64,000 bases of DNA from Macrostomum lignano (Eukaryota): NCBI GenBank assembly GCA_002269645.1, contig NIVC01000038.1, forward strand, positions 930,001-994,000. Direction: 5' to 3'. The stretch's first letter is position 1. Each line of letters opens with the position of its first letter. The position numbers and the translations under genes are program-made. Shown here in pieces: positions 34,197 through 46,100 of this stretch. The notes below the pieces were generated by a model. That model made no database searches. It had not been told where the DNA came from and was given only the letters and a program-made list of their open reading frames with translations.

Positions 34197-37100
34197 TCAG
34201 TGCTTGTCCTCTCTGATTGTGTCCAGTTGTCTGGACGAGCCAGGAGCTGTAGGTGGCTGCTGATTGCTCTGCTCGGCAGCCGCATCAGAGGACTTCTCAC
34301 CGTCTGCGGCTGTCGACTCAACTGCGGCTGCTCGTTCGGCTTCTTCTGGAGAGTGGCAAGCAGTAAGTAGTATTGAAAAGTAGTAAAAACGCTAACACCG
34401 GCAGAATGAGGTGTGGGAAATGAGGTCAAGAGCAATTAGGCAGTGACTTTTTTATTTAAACGGTATTTTTAAGCTTACTAATATTTAATATAACATAAAA
34501 TTTGATGACGTTTGTTATTATTAGTTAATTACCAACTTTCCGGAAAATTTAACACTCAGATATTACGGTATAATTAACAGAATTGATATTTAATAAAAAT
34601 TGATATTTTAGTTGCATTATTGACTATATTGACTATTGTTATAATTTCGCAAAGGGTCACTAAAATAACAAATTAAAATATTCATCGAACCTGTCGGTAT
34701 AGTAGTACGTAAACTAGACTAAAATTTTATTTAAGCAAAAATTTTTTTGTTTTGTAAAGTGAAAATTTTGCTGAGTAACTTGATAAAATTATATTAGCTG
34801 GGTAACTGAATTGATAATTATGCATAATTTAAATATCAACTAAATAAGCATTAACTCACCGATATCAGCTTTCTCTTTCCACAGGGCCCGATTCGTCTTC
34901 AGGTGCTCGTTCCAGGGCCTGTGCAGAACAAAGGCTCCTTCGGCTGTGGGTTTTAAATTATCGGAAGGAAAATCTATTGTAGTCAGATAAAACAATTTTT
35001 TGATGCAAAACTTTCAGGTAATAAAACACGTGCTTAAAAGTTTCAAACAACAAATCAATAACTTCTTTAGACCTCTTCACTTGCAACCATTACAACGAAA
35101 AACATAAAGGGCCGTAAATTACTAGTGCAGAGTAAAACAAAAAATACTTCAATACTCCAACGCGTGTGCCAATTAACACTCCTCAGTCGTCTTTTCTTTG
35201 CATTACCTTGCCACTTTCTAAGCGGTTTCGCTGCGTTAGCGGCTAAATTGTGAGGAGAGATGGGCGAGTTTATATAGAAATTTTTATAAACTGATTAAGT
35301 CAATTAACTACAATATTTTTATACAATTTCGGTTGAAATATTAAAAGAGAAATACCTAAATAAGTACGGAATATACACGTAGCTTTCTTTAGTTAAATAG
35401 AGTTAAAGTTCAAGTTAAATTAAGCACAAAATAAGACTTAAGACAGCTTAGAGTAAAAAAAACAGGGCACTTGAGAGGGTAGCTTGAGACGACGAGCAAA
35501 ATTGTGGGAGTGCGATGGCATGGGTAGTTCCACCGACCAATTAGATTCAAGCTAGGGTTAGGGAGTCCGATGGGTAGTTCCACCGACCAATTAGATTCAA
35601 GCTAGGGTTAGGGAGTCCGATGGGTAGTTCCACCGACCAATTAGATTCAAGCTAGGGTTAGGGAGTCCGATGGGTAGTTCCACCGACCAATTAGATTCAA
35701 GCTAGGGTTAGGGAGTCCGATGGGTAGTTCCACCGACCAATTAGATTCAAGCTAGGGTTAGGGAGTCCGATGGGTAGTTCCACCGACCAAATTAGATTCA
35801 AGCTAGGGTTAGGGAGTCCGATGAGTAGTTCCACCGACCAATGAACTTCAAGCTACATGTAGGGTTAGAAACGGACATAAGTAGTTCCATTTTTCAAGCC
35901 ATTAGAATTAGAGCTTGGATAAATTAGATGGTTAGCATTGTCAACAAATTAAATTAACGGGCAAGATTTTTGTTGCATTTATAACACGCTGAATAACTCA
36001 GTCGAATCATCCTCATTACCGGAACTCCACATGCCAACTGAAATCAAGTGGCAGAAAAATCCACATTTGTCACAAGTCACAAAAATGGAAACTATTATGA
36101 ATGGCAGCGTGGATCTCCAATCTTACCTCCGCCCTCATCGACCGGGTTTCGAGTCCCGTGCTGTCTCTGCTGTTCGAATAGTGGCATCAGAATCTTTTCG
36201 AGCATGTCGCCGAGAACTCCAAAACTGGGCTCCATGATGAAGTCGATGAAACCTGAATCGGATTAGTTAACATGCCAGAGTATGGGCGCATGATCGGAGG
36301 GCGTGTTACGTGCCATAGGTAATAAATGTGTATTCCTGAAAACTTACCAACTTGTGACTGTGCCACCATGGTGGTGCTCCGGTCGCACAGCGGGGAGCAC
36401 GGCAGGTCCAGCGCCTTCTCTCGGTCCCCCTGAGTTCATGGCATTGATGAATGAAATGATTATAAGATCATTGATAAATTTTCAAGATTGATGAATCGAT
36501 AAAATTGATGTATTAATAAGATTGATGAAATATTAATGGATTGATAAGATTGGTAAGATTGATATATTGATAAGATTGATGAAATCGATAGATTGATAGA
36601 TTGATAAGATTGATGAAATTGATGGATTAATAAGCTTGATAAAATTAATGGATTGATAAAATTGATAAATTGATAAGGCTGATAATATTAGCAAGATTGA
36701 TAAGTGATACATCGATTAAAATTGCAGCATATAAGACTTTTCGACCGATAAGATAGATTGATTGACAAGAGAATTGGTTAATCAGACGATCACAAACCTG
36801 TCTGAAAAACTCCTCCAGCAGCGACATGGTCCATCTTTGGTGCAGGTCGAACCGCTTTCCGGGATGACTGATGTCGGCGCAGTGCAGCATGAGGGCCAGC
36901 GCCTTCTCCTTGTCGATGCTGACATTGTGTTAGTGAGGGAGGGATATATAGGGAGATTGAGATTCTGCCGCACAATATTCATTCACTCATTTTGATTGAG
37001 CAACATAGATTCAAACAAACTTTCCCTTCTATTTTAATTCACGAAAGTTTACACTACTAACTAGCTAGAAGAGTAGTATAGAGCATGATAGTGGCTATTC

Positions 37101-40100
37101 GTACGGTTAGTCTTTGAAACCAGAAATTCAGATTAAAAACTATTTTTGAATGTTAAAAATATTTTGCAAAACTAGGAAAATTTTGGCGTGAAAAACTATA
37201 ACCTTTAGACTTAAATAATTTCGACAAAAGTTTGTTTTAACCCAACCGTTTTTTAACTAAAGCAATGAAGCTCTGACCACTCAAACGAATAACCGCTATG
37301 AGAAAGCATCTTTCAAAAAAGTTTTTGCGATGTTTTGATAAAACAAAAACTAATTTGCACTTTTATTGCAATTAATTTGATTAAAAATTGAGATTTTATC
37401 ATTGTTTTGCACTAAATACTAATTATTAGTCGAAGTAGTAGTAAATTACATTTCAAGTTGATTAGTACAAAAAAGTACACTCAAAATTCGGATGTAAAAA
37501 TGTAACAAGAAAAAAGTGAAAGAATGAGGCTAGACTAACTTTTCTACTATAATAAAATAGAAAAGACCCAGAATGTGATAGTAGGCCCTCAATAAATTAG
37601 TAGGATTGATCAGGCTGAGAAGAGAAAGAAAATAATTTACAAGAGTGCAACTAATTTACAGGCTATCTATTAGAGTTTTTATTCATTGAAATTCTAAAAT
37701 TTAGTTTACTAATATTTTTTTAAATTAAATGCTTTACTTTGTATAGCGATATAAAAAATCAATTTTTGTTACTTTTGATTTTTAATTTGCAATTCTGTTT
37801 TTTTCAAACGAATTCTAGCTGTTTAACGTACAGTAAATTATAGTGAATTGTAAGTGCACAAACGAAAACAAATTAAAATCGAGCAGCCAATTGATTACTA
37901 ATGATAAGTTGTACAATATTAGTTAGTGCCGTGAGTGTTAATTATGATTTATCTATTATAACAAAGCTATAAAACAATTTTCTCAGCTTGCCCGCAAGGG
38001 AAGGCGGTGAGAACTGTTCTCCTGGGTCTGGACTCATTGCTGCCATTGCCGAAAAACAGCCACTCTTGGTCTGGCGCCCTAAATTTGTTATAACGAAAAA
38101 AACGTAGTAATCCGGAAATTTCATTGGCATGCAAAACCCAATCCACGCAAAATTTAAAAACGTGCAAATCCAATGCATAACCGCCATTAGTTTAAGCAAA
38201 ATCATTTCAGAGCGGTACTTTTAAAAATAAAACTTGCATTCCAAACAAGCTGTTAGCAATTTTTTGGTTTAAATATACGTGTATAATACTGTATATATAT
38301 AGTGTTTATACGTACAAACAAATGTGCTAGAAATGTTCTGTTCATCTAACAGTGAAAAATGGAGTGCATTCGGCTAGCGTATATTGTCAGTCATAGTTAG
38401 TGGTTCCAATTGGAACAGTCCATGCCGTCGACTAAAAATCAAGACTCTCTCGTAAAAACAACTGGTTAAAATGTTATTTTTGTCGATCGATTTAAAACCC
38501 GCGTAATTTTTTTCGGTATAAAATATTTATAAATTCAAATAACTGATTATATAAGCTCACATTATACTTCTTGCCAAAAATGATACAATACGACTTAGGG
38601 GTCAGGAAAGTCACTAGAGAGGTAGATGAGTAACCTGAGAGTCTGATGAGTCACTGGAGGGTCAAATGACTAACAGATGAGTCAGCTGCATTTCAAGGGT
38701 CAGAAAAGTCATTTGAGGATGGGATAAGGCACTTGAATGTTTTGCTCATTATCGCATAAAATAACTAAACTCTCTCCGATATGCGCTCGTACACTCGTTT
38801 CCAGAAAATGCGGATAAAACCGTAACGGAAACATAAAACCATGCATTTAGTCAGCAATAAACAACAAAACAGCTTGGAGCAATCTTATTCAGACCATGTT
38901 GCGTTGCAGTTGAAGCCTGGCGCAGAGTGATCAGCTGGTGATGATTCTGGCTGCTGCTGATGAAGCCTTGAGTATTCAGTAATAATCTGATACTTTACAA
39001 ACTTTACACTATGCACTTTATTATTGATAAAAATATCGCTGAAAATACTATCAACAGTAATCAAGCAGGCTTAATTCAGTGGGAACAATCTAAACGGATA
39101 TCATTCTCATGCCAGAGGAAAAATATCATTTTGAAAATAAACTTAATATCTTAAAAATAAAATATTAGAATAAATTTAATTTACTCACTTTTCCGGCATG
39201 CTGAGCAGCTGTTTCATGTTCTTGATCTGCTGGAAGTGCAGGCTCATGTCAGTGTTCAGCACCATGTCAATGACGAGGGCGCGGAACTCCCTGCGTGCCA
39301 AGAGTGAAGACAAGATTTGTCTGAGATGTTCTGGGATGTTAGACAGAACCCTGATCTGTTAGACAGAACCCTGATCTGTAAGACAGAACCCTGATCTGTT
39401 AGACAGAACCCTGATCTGTTAGACAGAACCCTGATCTGTAAGACAGAACCCTGATCTGTTAGACAGAACCCTGATCTGTAAGACAGAACCCTGATCTGTT
39501 AGACAGAACCCTGATCTGTAAGACAGAACCCTGATCTGTTAGACAGAACCCTGATCTGTAAGACAGAACCCTGATCTGTTAGACAGAACCCTGATCTGTT
39601 AGACAGAACCCTGATCTGTTAGACAGAACCCTGATCTGTAAGACAGAACCCTGATCTGTTAGACAGAACCCTGATCTGTTAGACAGAACCCTGATCTGTT
39701 AGACAGAACCCTGATCTGTAAGACAGAACCCTGATCTGTTAGACAGAACCCTGATCTGTAAGACAGAACCCTGATCTGTTAGACAGAACCCTGATCTGTT
39801 AGACAGAACCCTGATCTGTTAGACAGAACCCTGATCTGTAAGACAGAACCCTGATCTGTTAGACAGAACCCTGATCTGTTAGACAGAACCCTGATCTGTT
39901 AGACAGAACCCTGATCTGTTAGACAGAACCCTGATCTGTTAGACAGAACCCTGATCTGTTAGACAGAACCCTGATCTGTTAGACAGAACCCTGATCTGTT
40001 AGACAGAACAGTATACTGTTAGACAAGATCCCTAATCCGTCAAACTGTAAGTAGATGAAGCTCAAGCCTTCCAAGCAGCCTCTCACTTGTACTCCTCTCT

Positions 40101-43100
40101 AGACAGGCCGCTGATGATGTTGAACTCGTCCAGCTTCATGAGCCTGAAGACGGCGCTGGCGTGGTGATTCTCCAGCACGCCTTTGTCATTGTACAGCAGG
40201 GCGAGCTCTGAGGCGGTGTTCACGTGAAAGTTATTGGTGGTTCCCGTGTGCTCGTAGTCGTGAATGATGGCGGCAAAAATGGTAGCGAAGATCTCCAGGT
40301 CTGTCAGCCAGTTCTGTTGGATCAAAGTGAGTTATTTGGTATAGTTGATGTCAGATTTTCTGTTTACAACGCCTCAATAATATAAACCCCCTATGTTTAT
40401 AGGTTTTTTAGCTCATAAATAAATGTGACAAGCTGGTTATCAAACTGATCACAAGGACAAAAAGTTTTCTGCTAAAGATGTTAAACAATAGGTCAATCTG
40501 AATGATTTCTTTGTCAAATGGATTTAAGACTGCTGTCCTGATGGTTGAACAAATTTTCAAATTTTAACAATCAATTATTGTTGGTATAGACTAACGAACG
40601 AGAATTTGACAAAAGAGATGAAAGGGGATGACAAGAAATCAGAGTAGATGGCTGTAGATGAGAGGAGAGATCAGAAGGGATGAGATGAGATAAGATAAAA
40701 GTAGATGAGAGGAGATGGGGAAGGTGGGGGAGACGAGGGGAGATAAAAGGAGATGAGGGGAGATTAAAATAAGATGAAAGAAACTGAGAGGAAGAGAAGA
40801 GAGGAAGAGATGAGAGAAGAAGACATGAGATGAGTGGAGATGACAGCAGATGACAGGAGATGAGTGGAGATGAGAGGAGATGAGAGGAGATGAGGGGAGA
40901 TGAGAGGAAATGAGAGGAGATGAGAGGAGATGAGGGGAGATGAGAGGAGATGAGAGGAGATGAGGGGAGATGAGAGGAAATGAGAGGAGATGAGAGGAGA
41001 TGAGGGGAGATGAGAGGAGATGAGAGGAGATAAGGGGAGATGACAGGAGATGAGTGGAGATGAGAGGAGATGAGAGGAGATGAGGGGAGATGAGAGGAAA
41101 TGAGAGGAGATGAGAGGAGATGAGGGGAGATGAGAGGAGATGAGGGGAGATGAGTGGAGATGAGAGGAGATGAGAGGAGATGAGGGGAGATGAGAGGAGA
41201 TGAGAGGAGATAAGGGGAGATGAGTGGAGATGAGAGGAGATAAGGGGAGATGAGTGGAGATGAGTGGAGATGAGAGGAGATAAGGGGAGATGAGTGGAGA
41301 TGAGGGGAGATGAGAGGAGATGAGGGGAGATGAGAGGAGATGAGAGGAGATAAGGGGAGATGACAGGAGATGAGTGGAGATGAGAGGAGATGAGAGGAGA
41401 TGAGGGGAGATGAGAGGAAATGAGAGGAGATGAGAGGAGATGAGGGGAGATGAGAGGAGATGAGAGGAAATGAGTGGAGATGAGTGGAGATGAGAGGAGA
41501 TGAGAGGAGATGAGGGGAGATGAGAGGAGATGAGAGGAGATAAGGGGAGATGAGTGGAGATGAGAGGAGATGAGGGGAGATGAGTGGAGATGAGTGGAGA
41601 TGAGAGGAGATAAGGGGAGATGAGTGGAGATGAGGGGAGATGAGAGGAGATGAGGGGAGATGAGAGGAGATGAGAGGAGATAAGGGGAGATGACAGGAGA
41701 TGAGTGGAGATGAGAGGAGATGAGAGGAGATGAGGGGAGATGAGAGGAAATGAGAGGAGATGAGAGGAGATGAGGGGAGATGAGAGGAGATGAGAGGAGA
41801 TAAGGGGAGATGAGTGGAGATGAGAGGAGATGAGAGGAGATGAGGGGAGATGAGAGGAGATGAGAGGAGATAAGGGGAGATGAGTGGAGATGAGAGGAGA
41901 TGAGAGGAGATGAGGGGAGATGAGAGGAGATGAGAGGAGATAAGGGGAGATGAGTGGAGATGAGAGGAGATAAGGGGAGATGAGTGGAGATGAGTGGAGA
42001 TGAAAGGAGATGAGGGGAGATGAGAGGAGATGAGAGGAGATGAGGGGAGATGAGAGGAAATGAGAGGAGATGAGGGGAGATGAGAGGAAATGAGAGGAGA
42101 TGAGAGGAGATGAGGGGAGATGAGTGGAGATGAGAGGAGATAAGGGGAGATGAGTGGAGATGAGAGGAGATAAGGGGAGATGAGTGGAGATGAGTGGAGA
42201 TGAAAGGAGATGAGGGGAGATGAGAGGAGATGACAGGAGATGAGTGGAGATGAGAGGAAATGAGGGGAGATGAGTGGAGATGAGTGGAGATGAGTGGAGA
42301 TGAGAGGAGATGAGTGGAGATGAGTGGAGATGAGAGGAGATGAGTGGAGATGAGAGGAAATGAGGGGAGATGAGTGGAGATGAGTGGAGATGAGTGGAGA
42401 TGAGAGGAGATGAGTGGAGATGAGTGGAGATGAGGGGAGATGAGTGGAGATGAGAGAAGGGAACGCAGAAGATAAAACGCCAGATGAAGAGGAGATCCAA
42501 GAGAAAACTGCAGCCCAGAGAGGACGGCCTTCCCAGGAACGCAGCCCAACCCATCCGCATCAGCGAAGTCGGACATGCAATCCGCCGCTGTTAGCAGCTC
42601 ATCGCAGCTTCTCCAGCCTCCCGCCTCATCTCCGCTAAAATCTGTGGCGGCGCAGCGCAGCGTGAAGCGAAGCTCTATCATCAAAGAGGCTGCGAGCGAA
42701 ATGCAATCTACATGAATTTCTCATCAATCTACCTGACACTTTCTTAAATTGCATTCAGGGTTGCTGGGCTAGCAAGGCCGCTCATTTTTTTGGCGTCAGA
42801 CCTCCCGGCCCGAATAATGAGTTTTCCGAGTTTCGGATTTTTTGGCTATTAGGCTCTTCTCGAGTTTCTGATTAAGTCTGTTGACTCTCGGCTGGAAACT
42901 GAAAATTACAGCGGCTAAGCGTTTCGGTGTCCATTTCGTCAGCTTGCAATTTTCGTAATCTGTCCTTCTTCCAGATTTTCACTCTTCCATATTGTCACTC
43001 TTCCATCCCGTCACTCTTCCATATTGTCACTCTTCCATATTGTCACTCTTCCATCCCGTCACTCTTCCACCTCGTCACTCTTCCATCCCCTCACTCTTCC

Positions 43101-46100
43101 ATCCCGTCACTCTTCTATCCCGTCACTCTTCCATCCCGTCACTCTTCCATCGCGTCACTCTTCCACCCGTCACTCTTCCATCCCGTCACTCTTCCATCCC
43201 GTCACTCTTCCACCTCGTCACTCTTCCATCCCCTCACTCTTCCATCCCGTCACTCTTCTATCCCGTCACTCTTCCATCCCGTCACTCTTCCATCCCGTCA
43301 CTCTTCCACCCGTCACTCTTCCATCCCGTCACTCTTCCATCCCGTCACTCTTCCACCTCGTCACTCTTCCATCCCCTCACTCTTCCATCCCGTCACTCTT
43401 CTATCCCGTCACTCTTCCATCCCGTCACTCTTCCATCCCGTCACTCTTCCATCTCGTCACTCTTCCACCTCGTCACTCTTCCATCCCCTCACTCTTCCAT
43501 CCCGTCACTCTTCTATCCCGTCACTCTTCCATCCCGTCACTCTTCTATCCCGTCACTCTTTCATTCTGTGACTCTCCCATATTATTCCTCAGCCTCAACT
43601 CACCACCAGCTTGGAGGAGCTCATGATGAAGTGGCAGGTCTGGGCCACGTCCGCCCCGTGGACCAGGTTGTGGTACGGGTTGCTAAACCTGCTGTAGCCT
43701 TCCTCGCATTTGGTGAGGAAATTCTCCAACACGTTTGTGTTGATCTGCGGGTTTTATAGATAAAATTGTAGCTTTTAGAGTGTGAAAGTGGGAAAGAATG
43801 ATCTTGAAAGAGTGACAAATTGACCATGAGAGAGTGATCTAGTGGCGGAATGACCATGAGAGAGTGACAAAGAGATGGAATGACCATGAGAGAGTGACAA
43901 AGTGACGGAGTGACCATGAGAGAGTGACAAAGTGACGGAGTGACCATGAGAGAGTGACAAAGTTACGGAGTGATGAGAGAGTGACAAAGTGAAGGAGTGA
44001 CCATGAGAGAGTGACAAAGTGAAGGAGTGACCATGAAAGAGTGACAAAATGAAGGAGTGACCATGAGAGAGTGACAAAGTGAAAGAGTGATCAAGAGAGA
44101 GTGACAAAGTGACGGAGTGACCATGAGAGAGTGACAAAGTGACGGAGTGACCATGAGAGAGTGACAAAGTGACGGAGTGACCATGAGAGAGTGACAAAGA
44201 GACAGAGTGACCATGAGAGAGTGACAAAGTTACGGGGGGGGGACCATGAGAGAGTGACAAAGTTACGGAGTGACCATGAGAGTGTGACAAAGTTACGGAG
44301 TGACCATGAGAGTGTGACAAAGTGACTGAGTGATGGTTAGAAAGTAAAAAGTAATAAATTCAAGGCTATAAAGAAGGAGGATAACTTTCTTCACAGATTT
44401 ATCGAGTCAGCTCACCTTGAACTTGTTAATAAGGTCGTATTTGTGCAGCAACTCGAAACCAACAAACTTAAGAGCATGATTGTCCGAGGCCTCATTGAGC
44501 TCAAAAATATTGAAGCACCAATCGTCCAAACCGGCCTAAAAAAGGATAGCGGATGAAGTAGTGCTAAAAATCATTGTTTTTTTTTTAAAATTGACATGTT
44601 AATGTAGTTAATAATAGACAGCTGTTTTTAGATTGCTGTACCTTCAACAGCACGAGGACATTTTGCGGCACGTTGATGTTGCTTGAGCTTGACAGTCTGC
44701 GGTAGATTCTGTTGAAGATATTGGTAGATTAGGGAACTGTTCGTGTCGACTAGTATAGTATGTGTAGTAGCTAGACTGGTGAAATCTGGACCACAGCGTG
44801 TACGCTTGAAGATAATATTTTATCAAAGCATATTTGAGGGGAATAGGGAGGCAGAGAGAGGGTGAACGAGAGGGAGAGAGATAGGGAGAGAGGGATTGGG
44901 AGATGGGGAGAGACAAAGAGGGAAATGGGGATAAAGGATGGGCAGAGAGGGAGACAGAGATGGGGAGAGAGGGAGACAGAGATGGGGAGAGAGGGAGACA
45001 GAGATGGGGAGAGAGGGAGACAGAGATGGGGAGAGAGGGAGACAGAGATGGGGAGGGAGGGAGACAGAGATGGGGAGAGAGGGAGACAGTCATGGGGAGA
45101 GAGGGAGACAGAGATGGGGAGAGAGGGAGACAGAGATGGGGAGAGAGGGAGACAGAGATGGAGAGAGAGGGAGACAGAGATGGGGAGGGAGGGAGACAGA
45201 GATGGGGAGAGAGGGAGACAGTCATGGGGAGAGAGGGAGACAGAGATGGGGAGAGAGGGAGACAGAGATGGGGAGAGAGGGAAACAGAGATGGGGAGAGA
45301 GGGAGACAGAGATGGGGAGAGAGGGAGACAGAGATGGGGAGAGGGGGAGACAGAGATGAGGAGAGAGGGAGACAGAGATGGGGAGAGAGGGAGACAGAGA
45401 TGAGGAGGGAGGGAGACAGAGATGGGGAGAGAGGGAGACAGAGATGAGGAGGGAGGGAGACAGAGATGAGGAGGGAGGGAGACAGAGATGAGGAGGGAGG
45501 GAGACAGAGATGGGGAGAGAGGGAGACAGAGATGGGGAGAGAGGGAGACAGAGATGGGGAGAGAGGGAGACAGAGATGGGGAGAGGGGGAAACAGAGATG
45601 GAGAGAGAGGGAGAGAGATAGAGGGAGAGACGGGAAAGAGAGAGGGTGAGAAGAAGTGGACTGGGAGGCACCGCAGGCGCACCTCTCCACCATGATGCCG
45701 GCCCTGATGGCATTGGCGACGCTGCGGAACTTGGGCTTTTCCCGGTGTTGCTTGAGCGAAGTCTGAGACCGCGTGAAGGTGCTCGCCAGCCAGTCACGCA
45801 CCTCGTTGGGCACCTCGCCGGAGGGCACTTCGGGCAGTTCGTCCTCTTCGTTGCACAGGCGCCTGCATATTTAGCGATATAAATAATCGATAATTTACTT
45901 CGAAAATTTGAATTACCGCGAAAAATGAGAAAAATTAAACAAAAATTTACAAAAATTATTTACCACTGAGGCAAAAACTACAGATCTAGAATTAATTCGT
46001 TAACGCGCTACTGAGCGCAAGGCAAGTCAACTACCGGTAAGCAAAAATATTTTTGAAATTTTGTTTAAATTTTGTACGTTTTTCAAGTCAAACATTTTAG

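Noticed and set aside
40639-42684. 681-aa and 598-aa ORFs, and similar long ORFs at 17461, 26479, 42927, 44644, 47560, 50533, 54775, 56445 and 60945
   Set aside because: They are translations of stop-free tandem repeats, mostly inside introns, with no domain content.
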